Of a stretch of 64,000 nucleotides of DNA, positions 1 through 8,490 are shown one piece after another. Within the stretch, counting starts at the first letter, position 1; every line of letters begins with the position of its first letter. Below the pieces are notes generated by a model. The model had not been told where the DNA came from, did not search any database, and worked only from the letters and a program-made list of their open reading frames with translations. The stretch comes from a virus (taxonomy: Duplodnaviria; Caudoviricetes). The stretch spans positions 288,001 to 352,000 of IMG/VR virus record IMGVR_UViG_3300037313_001869. The stretch is one strand, 5' to 3'. A program made the translations under genes and the position numbers.

Positions 1-161
1 CCCGCGAAGCTCTGCCCTGGCAACTTCTTGGTTCTCTGCGAGGCCCACGGCAAAAGGGCTGCTCCAGAAAGCCTCGTCCGCCATCTCCGCGTCGATCTGC
101 TCCCACATCGCAGCGAGGTCGTCCTCGGTGGGGTACTCATCGATGGCGAAGTAACGAGGCA

Positions 162-237
162 TGGTGGACCCACGGGGATTTGAACCCCGATCGACCGGGT
201 AAGAACCGGCTGCTCTACGCTGTTGAGCTATAGGTCC
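162..237 (-). tRNA. tRNA-Lys(CTT)
   Basis: Cloverleaf, loop TTCTTAC, GTTCAAATC T-loop, encoded CCA. Confidence 0.9.
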
Positions 238-238
238 G

Positions 239-314
239 TGGTTGGGGTGCTAGGACTCGAACCTAGACTTGGACGGCATCAGAAACCGTTGCCCTACCAT
301 TAGGCGACACCCCA
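239..314 (-). tRNA. tRNA-Gln(CTG)
   Basis: Cloverleaf, loop TTCTGAT, CCA end. Confidence 0.9.
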
Positions 315-362
315 AGAACTTCACAAAGATACACGGCGCCGGCCTGGCTGTCCAGACCGTTG

Positions 363-437
363 TGGCGCCCCCGAAGGGAATCGAACCCTCCTCGACGGAT
401 CGACAATCCGCTCGCCTCACCAGATGCGTACGGGGGC
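363..437 (-). tRNA. tRNA-Asp(GTC)
   Basis: Cloverleaf, loop TTGTCGA, GCCA end. Confidence 0.9.
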
Positions 438-440
438 AAA

Positions 441-677
441 CTACTTGATGCGAGCCTTCGTGGTCGACACCTCGACCATACGCAGCTCGACGATCTCCCA
501 GGTGGCGGGGATCTTCTTCGCCTCGCCGGGGTACTGACCCCGGCAGTAGAGCTTCAGATGGGCATCGATCTGCTGCTTCGAGGTCCAAGCCTTGCCGGTC
601 TTCGTCCACGAGGGGCAGTACCCACCCGTGGAAAACAAGCCGGTCTTGGTGTCTCGGATCTTGAAGATGCTGTCCAT
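441..677 (-). CDS. hypothetical protein
   Basis: ORF between tRNAs; start MDSIFK preceded by GGTGTA motif and GAGG. Confidence 0.7.
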   Translation of the reverse strand: MDSIFKIRDTKTGLFSTGGYCPSWTKTGKAWTSKQQIDAHLKLYCRGQYPGEAKKIPATWEIVELRMVEVSTTKARIK

Positions 678-695
678 CCTCAAGCTATACACCAA

Positions 696-774
696 TGGCG
701 CAGCGTACGGGATTTGAACCCGTGGTCTTCACCGTGACAGGGTGACGGGGACGGCCAGACTCCCCTAACGCTGC
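696..774 (-). tRNA. tRNA-Asp(GTC)
   Basis: Cloverleaf, loop CTGTCAC, GCCA end. Confidence 0.9.
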
Positions 775-779
775 AAGTT

Positions 780-1241
780 TCAGTAGTCGTAGTGCCCCCG
801 AGACTGCGGGGCCGGCAGCTTGTAGCCCTTCAGCCAGGCGCGGTTCTTCTTGCTGTGGGTGTACTTCGAGAAGTAGTTCCACGCCCGCGTCGAGCCAGAA
901 CCCGAGACCCTGTCCTTCTCCCGGAACGCTTCCACGTCCCGCTCGAAGCGGCTCGGAGGGGGCAGGTTGCCCTCGGTGAGATAGAGAAGCTCCTCGGCCC
1001 CCGTGCCCGGGTACAGCTCGTGGGCGTGGACGATCATGCCGTAGCCCCCGAACATGTTCGTGCAGACCATCTCGTTGACGGTCACCTCCTTGTCGAGGAT
1101 GGCTGTGAGCTGGTCCAGCTCCTCGTGGGTGAGGAGCCGGTACGCCTTGACCGACACAGGCGAGTCCTTGGCCTTGTGGTTCGCCGGCCAGAGCGACTCA
1201 TTCAGGTTTTGCAGCCAGACCCGGTCTTCCTCGGAGAGCAT
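780..1241 (-). CDS. hypothetical protein (PSRFER motif)
   Basis: ORF with SD GGAGG and CGGTGTA upstream. Confidence 0.75.
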   Translation of the reverse strand: MLSEEDRVWLQNLNESLWPANHKAKDSPVSVKAYRLLTHEELDQLTAILDKEVTVNEMVCTNMFGGYGMIVHAHELYPGTGAEELLYLTEGNLPPPSRFERDVEAFREKDRVSGSGSTRAWNYFSKYTHSKKNRAWLKGYKLPAPQSRGHYDY

Positions 1242-1268
1242 GGGCCCTCCTACACCGGGGCCGGGACC

Positions 1269-1613
1269 TCAGAGATCCTGATCTTCGAGCGACTCGTAGA
1301 CCCGGGCGAGCATTGTGCGAAGCTGCTTGAGGGCCGGCATCGCCTTGCCGAGCTTCTTGCTCATCTCGTCGAGCTGGTTCTTGGAGATGTTCGGCCCCGC
1401 CCCCTCGTGCTTGGGGAGGTGGACAATCGCCTCGGTGACGAGACCGGGCACGTCCCCCAGGATCGAAGTCACGTAGTGGAGCTGCTGGAGCGCCTCTTCG
1501 AGGGCGTCGGTGTTCTTCGACGCCTGCTTCGCTTGGTACTGGTCGACCAGGTCATAGGCCGCCGAAGGGTTGGTCTCGGCAAGGTCCGAGGCACGCTTGA
1601 GGATCTTGTCCAT
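1269..1613 (-). CDS. hypothetical helical protein
   Basis: Start MDKILK; the longer ORF overlaps tRNA-Arg. Confidence 0.7.
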   Translation of the reverse strand: MDKILKRASDLAETNPSAAYDLVDQYQAKQASKNTDALEEALQQLHYVTSILGDVPGLVTEAIVHLPKHEGAGPNISKNQLDEMSKKLGKAMPALKQLRTMLARVYESLEDQDL

Positions 1614-1647
1614 GGTCGTGCCTCTACCGTCCGATAAAAGAAATTTG

Positions 1648-1721
1648 TGCCCCCGGCAGGAGTCGAACCTGCTGAAAAACGCTTTAGGAGAGCGTTGCCT
1701 TGTCCGTTCGGCCACGAGGGC
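1648..1721 (-). tRNA. tRNA-Arg(CCT)
   Basis: Cloverleaf, loop CTCCTAA; no encoded CCA. Confidence 0.88.
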
Positions 1722-1723
1722 AG

Positions 1724-2209
1724 TCAGAGAGGGTCTTCCCGGTCGAAGCGGCTCGGAGGCGGCGGGGCCTCGGGCTTCGGCTTGGGCGGGTCGATCTTGC
1801 TCACGATGACCTGGTCGGACCAGATCGAGGCGATGCTAGCCCGAGCCGGAATGTCCTGGCGGACAGGCATCGACCCCACGCGCTCTGGGTTCCCCGTAAG
1901 GTACACTGTCCCGGGGGCCACAACGGGACTGGAGATGGCCGAAACCGCCTCGTTGAAGATACGGTCGATGACCGGGAACACATCGCCGTTCTGGTTGGGC
2001 TCGGACCGCCCCCGAAGGGTCTCGACGACCTCTTCGGACCCGACCGACCGGATGTGCTGAACGGGAGCGCGCTCGACCGGCCGATCGGCCCCGATGACTG
2101 TGAGGGTCTCCGGCCGGGGGAGACCGAACTGCTCGTGGAGGTACCTGTCGGCAGCCTCCCGGAAAAACCTCAGCAAGGCGGCCCGAGTGGCTTCGGAAGG
2201 GGGCGGCAT
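1724..2209 (-). CDS. hypothetical protein (C-terminal SRFDREDPL)
   Basis: ORF preceded by CGGTGTA motif. Confidence 0.7.
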   Translation of the reverse strand: MPPPSEATRAALLRFFREAADRYLHEQFGLPRPETLTVIGADRPVERAPVQHIRSVGSEEVVETLRGRSEPNQNGDVFPVIDRIFNEAVSAISSPVVAPGTVYLTGNPERVGSMPVRQDIPARASIASIWSDQVIVSKIDPPKPKPEAPPPPSRFDREDPL

Positions 2210-2492
2210 CGAAGGGATCTACACCGCCCCCGCCGGGCTCACCACCAGGTCTGGCCGTTCTTCACCGCCTCGGGCGGGTTCCAGCCGAGGTGGGGGCTCG
2301 CCGAGAGCATCGAAGAAACCGGCCTCGCCGTGGCCCGCTTGAGCTTCACCAGCTCCTTCGCCAGGGCTTGCATGAGGGGCCGCTCGGAAACCTTGAAAGT
2401 CGTATGCTCGTTCATCTACGTCTCCTATAGGGGGCCTATAATAAAGAGACTAGAAGGGAACGACCCGGTTGTTTTGTTGAAGAACGCCCGGC

Positions 2493-2984
2493 ATGATGGG
2501 CCTTCTCGAAGTCAGGACGGCGCCCGGCAAGGGCCGGGGGGTGTACGCGGGGCAAGCCTACGGCAAGGGCCTGGAGGTGCTTCAGTTCGAGGGGCAGGTC
2601 GTTCGCCGGAGCGAGATCCCCGACCCTCTGCCGCCCGAGGACGACCACTTCTTGCAGTTCGGCCCCGACAGCTACCTCGGGCCCTCGGGCGGAATCGACG
2701 ACCTCGTCAACCACGCCTGCGACCCCAACTGCGCCGTGCTCATCACCCCCGGCCGGGTCTCGCTCGTCGCGATCCGAACCATCGAGGACGGCGAGGAGGT
2801 GACGTTCGACTACTCCCTAACGAGCCTGGAGCCCCCGGACCAGTGGCGGCTCGACTGCCGATGCGGATCGGCGGGCTGCCGCAGGGTCGTCACGGGCTTT
2901 CTGTGGCTCCCCCGATCAGAGCAAGAGCGGCTCGTCCAAGCCGGCCTCGTGCCGCCCTACGTCTGCCAGGCGGCGGGTCTCTGA
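2493..2984 (+). CDS. SET-domain protein-lysine methyltransferase
   Basis: GKGRGVYA, VNHACDPNC, GEEVTFDY, post-SET CRCGSAGCR. Confidence 0.92.
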   Translation: MMGLLEVRTAPGKGRGVYAGQAYGKGLEVLQFEGQVVRRSEIPDPLPPEDDHFLQFGPDSYLGPSGGIDDLVNHACDPNCAVLITPGRVSLVAIRTIEDGEEVTFDYSLTSLEPPDQWRLDCRCGSAGCRRVVTGFLWLPRSEQERLVQAGLVPPYVCQAAGL

Positions 2985-2987
2985 ACA

Positions 2988-3064
2988 TGGGGTGGGCGGC
3001 GGGAATCGAACCCGTCCTTCCGAGGGTCACAGCCTCGTGCCTTCACCAGATGGCTACGCTCACC
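2988..3064 (-). tRNA. tRNA-His(GTG)
   Basis: Loop CTGTGAC, G-1:C73, CCA. Confidence 0.92.
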
Positions 3065-3102
3065 ATGTAGGACTCGCAGGGCGTCAACGTTCCCCACGAA
3101 CC

Positions 3103-3189
3103 CGGCGGAAACAGGAGGAGTCGAACCTCACCCCGTGAGGGGCAGCCCGAGTAGCAATCGGGTGTCGCGCCGCCGCGACCTCAGTTTCC
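3103..3189 (-). tRNA. tRNA-Ser(GCT)
   Basis: Loop TTGCTAC, long variable arm, G73; atypical D arm. Confidence 0.85.
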
Positions 3190-3441
3190 AAGTACCTCTT
3201 TACGGAACCGTTCCAGACCTTGCCGGATGAGCTGCTCGGCCTCGTCGTGGGGCATGTGACTGGCCGCCGCCGGGCTATCCCCGTAGGTGCTCTCGATGCT
3301 CCAAAGCCCGTTCGGCGTCTCGACTTCGAGCGACCATCGTTGCCAGCGGGCGCGGAAGTACCACGGGAGCCCCTCGATCTCCCCCTCCCCTTGGACAGGG
3401 CAGCGGCCGAAAACGAAGATGGGTTTTGGTTGGGTTTCCAT
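3181..3441 (-). CDS. hypothetical protein
   Basis: ORF between two tRNA-Ser genes. Confidence 0.65.
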   Translation of the reverse strand: METQPKPIFVFGRCPVQGEGEIEGLPWYFRARWQRWSLEVETPNGLWSIESTYGDSPAAASHMPHDEAEQLIRQGLERFRKEVLGN

Positions 3442-3443
3442 AG

Positions 3444-3528
3444 CGGAAGACGGAGTAATCGAAACTCACACCCTTGCGAGTGCTCTTGGTTTTCGAGGCC
3501 AGACCCCGCCCTGCGGAGTTCGTCTTCC
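3444..3528 (-). tRNA. tRNA-Ser(CGA)
   Basis: Loop CTCGAAA, long variable arm, G73; mismatches in anticodon stem. Confidence 0.78.
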
Positions 3529-3553
3529 ATGTGCCCCTTACGGGGCGAAGGGC

Positions 3554-3799
3554 TCACTCGCGCGAACCCGTCAGACGGTCGACCAGGTAGCCGAGACTCC
3601 GGCCGTCCTGCTCGTCCTCGCTGGTCGAGAAGCCGTAGAACGTGTCAACGCCCTCGTGCCTCTCGCCCGCGTCATCGACGATGACCCCACTGCTTGTGAG
3701 GCCAACCGCCGCGAACGCCTGCTGTGCTGCCTCGACGCTCTGAAACTGCATCTCGGTCGTACAGCAGCCGCAACCTTGCTTGACGTAGATCGTGATCAT
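3554..3799 (-). CDS. hypothetical protein
   Basis: ORF with strong SD AAGGAGG. Confidence 0.7.
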   Translation of the reverse strand: MITIYVKQGCGCCTTEMQFQSVEAAQQAFAAVGLTSSGVIVDDAGERHEGVDTFYGFSTSEDEQDGRSLGYLVDRLTGSRE

Positions 3800-3845
3800 G
3801 GGGTGCCTCCTTCAAGGACCCGTGCCTCTCACTCGGCCCCATGAT

Positions 3846-4322
3846 CTAGAACGGCAAGCTGAGTTGCGCGCCTGATTCTTCGATGTCCTCCGGCCCTTCG
3901 TCAAGGCCGGGGTTCTGCATCTTCCAGAGGAGCGGCAGGAGCAAGTACAGCTCTTGCCGGGCCCGGTCGCTATCGTAGGGCTTGGCCCGCTTGGCGGCCA
4001 CGACGTGCCGGACGACCCTTCCGCAGACTTCGAGAAGGCCCCACCCCTGGGGCAGCTCCTCGGGCTTGATGATGCCCTTCGGGGTCATGAAGTAGCGCGA
4101 CTGGCCCATGCCCACCCGGTGCCTCGCGAGCTTGTGCTTGTCCCGGAGAAAATCCGAGCGGCTCACCTTGCACTCGACGAGGATCGACCAGCCCCTCTTC
4201 CACCCGATCGCGTCGGGCAGCTCGTAGACCATGGTGCTGTAGGGCTCGCCCAAGGCCACGTAGCATCGCTCGCTCTTCAGGAGCCAGCGGACGGCCCTCG
4301 CGACCAGCTCCTTGTGGGTCAT
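3846..4322 (-). CDS. PD-(D/E)xK nuclease-fold protein (MmcB-like)
   Basis: PDAIG...ILVECKVSRSDFLRD motif. Confidence 0.7.
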   Translation of the reverse strand: MTHKELVARAVRWLLKSERCYVALGEPYSTMVYELPDAIGWKRGWSILVECKVSRSDFLRDKHKLARHRVGMGQSRYFMTPKGIIKPEELPQGWGLLEVCGRVVRHVVAAKRAKPYDSDRARQELYLLLPLLWKMQNPGLDEGPEDIEESGAQLSLPF

Positions 4323-4350
4323 ACCCAGGGCGCCGGCACAGAAGGAACCT

Positions 4351-4425
4351 CGGTCAGGGAGGCGGGAATCGAACCCGCTAGGTCCTGGTTCCAAACCAGG
4401 CGGCCTACCTTAGACCTTCTCCCTG
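4351..4425 (-). tRNA. tRNA-Pro(TGG)
   Basis: Cloverleaf, loop TTTGGAA, C1:G72. Confidence 0.88.
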
Positions 4426-4603
4426 AGGTGAGGCGACCGAGGGCCCTCGTGAGAGAGTCCGCACGGCCGCCTCTGGGCGATATACAGCAAGCCCCGAGGT
4501 CCCAGAGCTAGCGAAGCTAGGTAGGCCCTCGAAGAACCACGCCCGGCCCGAAGACCGAGGATGCTGCGCCCAACCCCCTTGCGGGGGCTATCACGGGGGG
4601 CTT

Positions 4604-4678
4604 TGGTAGGTACGGGCAGAGTCGAACTGCCATCCCATCCTTATCAGAGATGAGTTCTTACCGTTGAACTACGTACCC
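4604..4678 (-). tRNA. tRNA-Ile(GAT)
   Basis: Cloverleaf, loop CTGATAA, ACCA. Confidence 0.9.
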
Positions 4679-5175
4679 AAGAGCTTCTTGTATCTGCCCT
4701 GAACGGCAGCGGGGGAGACCCCAGCCGCCTTGGCGATCGTCGCCCACGAGACCCCGTCCTTGCGAAGAGCAAGAACGTCGACCCCATCCCAGCTCCCTCG
4801 GTGCGTCGAGAGGCGCTTACGCGCCAAGGTCGCAGCCGCTTTTTGGGGAGCTAGAGCCTGCTCTCTCAGGGTGGAGAACAGGGCCGGATCGAAGCGCGGG
4901 ATGTCCTGGGGAAGCTGCCGATACCCCGCATGAACTTCACGGTGGCAACGGCAACAGAGCAGAACGCATTTCTCGACCTCGGCTGCCAGCTTCTCAAAAG
5001 AAGCCGTAGTGGCCCAAGACGAAACCCCGAGGTCCTTCTCTTTCGGGTCGAGGTGGTGGAACTCCAACGCCTCGATGCACGAGTCGTAGGAGCAACAGCC
5101 GCATCGGCCCCCAAAAGACTGGGTCAAGAGTTGCTTGACCCGCTTCCTCCACGCCTTGACATTTCTGTACGGCAT
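4669..5175 (-). CDS. HNH endonuclease
   Basis: CxxC...LEFHHLDP...KCVLLCCRCHREVH; HTH-like C-terminus. Confidence 0.85.
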   Translation of the reverse strand: MPYRNVKAWRKRVKQLLTQSFGGRCGCCSYDSCIEALEFHHLDPKEKDLGVSSWATTASFEKLAAEVEKCVLLCCRCHREVHAGYRQLPQDIPRFDPALFSTLREQALAPQKAAATLARKRLSTHRGSWDGVDVLALRKDGVSWATIAKAAGVSPAAVQGRYKKLLGT

Positions 5176-5219
5176 AGGTTGCGATTGTACCGCAACCACA
5201 ACCTGACGCAAGTTCATCC

Positions 5220-5374
5220 CTCAGGACAAAGGGGGTGAAAGACATCATGCCCTTGCGGGCTCCGGTGCGTCTGCCAGTTCCGCCACACCTCTCTCGCGAG
5301 AGGAGGAGGGACTCGAACCCTCAAGCCCTTTCGGGCGCCGGTTTTGCGAATGTAGTCCTTCGAGCATTCCTGAG
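5220..5374 (-). ncRNA. Y-RNA-like ncRNA Y1 with circularly permuted type II tRNA module
   Basis: Terminal stem CTCAGGA-ATG / TTG-TCCTGAG; order variable arm, T arm, acceptor stem closed by GCGA, D arm. Confidence 0.8.
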
Positions 5375-5381
5375 AAACGAG

Positions 5382-5464
5382 TGCGCAAGGGGGGACTTGA
5401 ACCCCCAAGCCCTTTCGGGCGCTAGCACCTCAAGCTAGTGCGGTTGCCTTTTCGCCACCTGCGC
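5382..5464 (-). tRNA. tRNA-Leu(GAG)
   Basis: Loop TTGAGGT, long variable arm, A73. Confidence 0.9.
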
Positions 5465-5474
5465 GTACTACCTA

Positions 5475-5743
5475 CCTCGACAAAGGGTGTGAAGAGAAGG
5501 CTCTTTCGAGCCGCCTGCGCATTGTGGGTCCCCTTTCGGGGATACCCACCGCTCGCCCCGCACCTTCGACTCACTACCCTATCCCCCACCAGGGAGGAGA
5601 GCAGATCCTCAGGTTGCCCTGAGTCAAGGAGTCTCTGACCCGGCGTGTTACCGCTTGGGATGCTGGTGCCGTCGCTAGTCCCTCACGGGAACATCGCTAC
5701 CTTGGGGCCGTTATGGATGTGTACTCCTCACGATCATTCGAGG
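5475..5743 (-). ncRNA. Y-RNA-like ncRNA Y2 (about 270 nt, multi-hairpin module)
   Basis: Terminal stem CCTCGA-ATG / TTG-TCGAGG; GGAGTACAC motif; several GNRA hairpins. Confidence 0.72.
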
Positions 5744-5764
5744 CACCCCCCTTGCGGGGGGCAG

Positions 5765-5838
5765 TCTGGGTGGGGCGACTCGAACGCCCAACCTCCGCGT
5801 CCCGAACGCGGCGCTCTACCAGGTTGAGCCACACCCAG
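5765..5838 (-). tRNA. tRNA-Pro(CGG)
   Basis: Cloverleaf, loop TTCGGGA. Confidence 0.9.
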
Positions 5839-5893
5839 ATGTTGACGGGCCCCGAAGGGGCCCGCTAGGCCGAAGAGACGGCCGAAGTAATCA

Positions 5894-6024
5894 CGATCTG
5901 ACAAAGAACGCAAAGAGCTTTTCGTGTGCTGCCTCTACACCACCCCGGCATAGAGAGCCGGAGCCAGGAATCGAACCTGGGCCACGTCTGGGCAAGAGAT
6001 GGACTCCTCACTGCATTCAGATCG
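5894..6024 (-). ncRNA. YrlA-like Y RNA Y3
   Basis: Stem CGATCTGA-ATG / TTG-TCAGATCG; T arm CCAGGTTCGATTCCTGG, loop-closed acceptor stem, D arm. Confidence 0.82.
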
Positions 6025-6028
6025 CTTG

Positions 6029-6113
6029 TGCTCAGGGCGGGACTCGAACCCGCACGCCACAAAGGGCCGCCGCTTCTGAGACGGCGTTGTCTGCCAAATT
6101 CCATCACCTGAGC
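6029..6113 (-). tRNA. tRNA-Leu(CAG)
   Basis: Loop CTCAGAA, long variable arm. Confidence 0.9.
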
Positions 6114-6297
6114 GTGATTGCTAGTTCCACCCGGCCGGCGGCCGGGTACGGTAAGCACCCTGCTGCTCGGCCCGGCGAATGGCCCGCTCGACCTGCACGG
6201 CAGGTGGCGGGAAGACGGTCTCTCGTACGACGGTAACCGCAGTCCGGAGAAGGAGGCGGAGAAGAGCGGACATACCGTACGATACACCGCCGAAGGC

Positions 6298-7452
6298 TCA
6301 GCCGGCCTTCATCTTGTCCTCGACGAGCGCCTGAAGCTCGCTCGCGTGCTGGACGAACTGGGTGACCATCTGCATCCGGCCGACCTGCACCACCGAGGAC
6401 GAGAGGTGGATCGAGAGGTTGTAGAGACGCTCGGCCTGCTGCCGGACCTCGTCGGCGATGGGCGAGTGCTTGTAGAGGTTGGCGAAGCCGCCGATCTCGC
6501 TCGTGAGCTGGTAGACCGTCTTGCTCGACACGCCCATGCCGCTCGTCGCAAGGTCCCTCAGGGTCGTGTTGGCGTCGCCGAAGTCCTTGATGAGCGAGGC
6601 GAACTTCTCCTTCAGCTTCGCCGCGATCTCCTTGTCCCTGGTCTTCAGGAAGCCCCGCAGGACCGAAATCACCGTCTCGTGCAGCTCGCCGAAAGGGTTC
6701 TTCCCGTGACCGATGAGGTCGAGGGGAGGCGTCGTCAGAACGGTCTTGTAGAGGTTCGAGACGCGCGTGAGCCGGGCCTTCGGGGCCGCGAGCCCGATCG
6801 AGGTGAGGTCGGCGCCGAGGTCCTTGATGTGCCCACCGAGCTTGCGGATCTCCCGCTTGACGGCGCCTTCGGCGTCGTGGGCCTCGGCCCAGAGATCCTC
6901 GGACATGTCGACGAGGCGCGTGGTCTTCTTTTCGAGCAGCTCGTAGGGCGTCTTGTCGACGAAGTCCGGGTCGAGGTTCTTCGGGGCCCGCTGGATGCTC
7001 CCAAGGGCGGCGAGGTAGTGGCTCGTCGGTACCTGGGCGAGCTGCGAGTAGAAGGTCCAGGAGTGGTTGTCGCCGCTTCGCGAGTAGGAGATCGACCCGG
7101 CGTTCATCTTCTGGAGGTCCTCGTGCAGGTCCTTCATGAACTTGAGCGCCTTCGCCAGGCTGTCGTTGACATGGGCGAGGGTCGAGATCCCTTGCACGTC
7201 CTCGGCCGCCTTGATGGGCTCGGCGAGGTCCTTCGCGGCTTCCTTCGTCAGGATGGGCTTGTCGGTCCGGCCGAAGTGCTTCTTCCAGAACTCCGAGTAG
7301 ACCGCCCTGGCCTCCTCGATCTTGTCCATCTGGGCGCCGAACCCGATCGAAGCCGCCTCAGCGACGCGGACGCTGGCGAGACGGTGCCTCGCGGCGATGA
7401 CGTAGCTCTGACGGACGAGGGTAGCTTGCTCTTTCGCGACCTTGCTCGGCAT
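6298..7452 (-). CDS. hypothetical helical protein, possibly virion-associated
   Basis: 384-aa ORF with protein-like composition; no family motif recognised. Confidence 0.8.
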   Translation of the reverse strand: MPSKVAKEQATLVRQSYVIAARHRLASVRVAEAASIGFGAQMDKIEEARAVYSEFWKKHFGRTDKPILTKEAAKDLAEPIKAAEDVQGISTLAHVNDSLAKALKFMKDLHEDLQKMNAGSISYSRSGDNHSWTFYSQLAQVPTSHYLAALGSIQRAPKNLDPDFVDKTPYELLEKKTTRLVDMSEDLWAEAHDAEGAVKREIRKLGGHIKDLGADLTSIGLAAPKARLTRVSNLYKTVLTTPPLDLIGHGKNPFGELHETVISVLRGFLKTRDKEIAAKLKEKFASLIKDFGDANTTLRDLATSGMGVSSKTVYQLTSEIGGFANLYKHSPIADEVRQQAERLYNLSIHLSSSVVQVGRMQMVTQFVQHASELQALVEDKMKAG

Positions 7453-7483
7453 GGTACCTGGTAAGGCGCGATAGAAACAGTCT

Positions 7484-7558
7484 CGGTCAGCCTGGCGGGA
7501 ATCGAACCCGCTGCCTCTTCGTCCCCAACGAAGCGCGCTACCGATGCGCTACAGGCTG
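7484..7558 (-). tRNA. tRNA-Pro(GGG)
   Basis: Cloverleaf, loop TTGGGGA. Confidence 0.9.
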
Positions 7559-7584
7559 ATGGTGGCCCCGAAGGGCCGAGACGG

Positions 7585-7932
7585 TCACGGCTTCTGCGCA
7601 AGCCCGAGAAGGGCGATGCGGGCCTCGTCGATGTCGCAGACCGCCTTCTCGAAGTACGCCTTCGACTTCTCGGCCGTCGCGCGGGTCTTGGCGAGGTCAC
7701 GTTCGGTCTGGGTGATGAACGAGGCGGCAAGCCCCCTCGCGGCCTCCTCCAGATCGGGCCCCTCTCCCTGGCAGTAGAAGACCGCCCCCACGTCGCCCTC
7801 CTCGGGGCGCATCGTGACGAGAAAGACGCTGTCCTTCGCGACGAAGGAGACGCCAAAGCGGAACTTCCGGCCCGAGTACGCCTTGTGGGCCTGCTCGGAG
7901 AGGGTGCGGATCACGGTGTCGATGAGCGCCAT
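7585..7932 (-). CDS. hypothetical protein
   Basis: ORF preceded by CGGTGTA motif. Confidence 0.75.
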   Translation of the reverse strand: MALIDTVIRTLSEQAHKAYSGRKFRFGVSFVAKDSVFLVTMRPEEGDVGAVFYCQGEGPDLEEAARGLAASFITQTERDLAKTRATAEKSKAYFEKAVCDIDEARIALLGLAQKP

Positions 7933-7951
7933 GGGCGCCTTCTACACCGAT

Positions 7952-8028
7952 CGGTGGCTAGGGCCGGAATCGAACCGGCTACACCCGGATTTTCAATCCA
8001 GTGCTCTACCAGAATGAGCTACCTAGCC
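7952..8028 (-). tRNA. tRNA-Phe(GAA)
   Basis: Cloverleaf, loop TTGAAAA. Confidence 0.9.
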
Positions 8029-8035
8029 GTAGATT

Positions 8036-8168
8036 CGTAGCGACAAGGGGCGACAAGACCGTTTTTACGCTGGCTACCGTTACCACACCCCGCGTCAGGT
8101 TGCGGGGCCGGGAGTCGAACCCGGGCTTCGTCCTTGAAATGGTGGAGTCCCATCAGGCATTCGCTACG
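8036..8168 (-). ncRNA. YrlA-like Y RNA Y4
   Basis: Stem CGTAGCGA-ATG / TTG-TCGCTACG; T arm CCGGGTTCGACTCCCGG, acceptor CCCCGC-loop-GCGGGG, D arm. Confidence 0.82.
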
Positions 8169-8245
8169 GTGGGTCGTCCCGGGATCGAACCGGGTTCTTC
8201 GGCTTTTCAGACCGACGCTAAGATCACCAGACCAGCTCACGACCC
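8167..8245 (-). tRNA. tRNA-Phe(GAA), second copy
   Basis: Cloverleaf, loop CTGAAAA. Confidence 0.87.
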
Positions 8246-8251
8246 GTTACA

Positions 8252-8408
8252 AGCGTCCAACAAGGGGGGTGCCCAGACACATGACCCCCACGAACCCGGC
8301 TTTCACCCCGGACGAAGGGGACACCCCCACCTGAACCATCGAGCAGGGAGGAAGGTTTGCTCGCCGGTTCAGGTGGGGGCGTGTAGTCCAAACGTGTATT
8401 CGGACGCT
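8252..8408 (-). ncRNA. Y-RNA-like ncRNA Y5 (long hairpin with CU-rich loop)
   Basis: Stem AGCGTCCGA-ATA / TTG-TTGGACGCT; GGACTACAC motif. Confidence 0.7.
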
Positions 8409-8410
8409 CG

Positions 8411-8485
8411 TGGCACGGCAGGGGGGAATCGAACCCTAGACCTTCCGGAGTTTTGGAGGCTCCGTTACACCCTGTGTTCTGCCGT
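8411..8485 (-). tRNA. tRNA-Trp(CCA), truncated D arm
   Basis: Loop CTCCAAA, G73 and CCA; very short D arm. Confidence 0.75.
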
Positions 8486-8490
8486 AAAAG

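Noticed and set aside
5540-5670. Weak resemblances of Y2 to the 16S 530 loop and h44
   Set aside because: Too short and gapped to distinguish from chance by eye
5894-8168. T-arm-containing segments at about 5950-5985 and 8100-8125 as tRNA pseudogenes or split tRNAs
   Set aside because: Arms are in permuted order, the acceptor is closed by a loop and the shared terminal stem encloses them; a YrlA-like RNA explains this better
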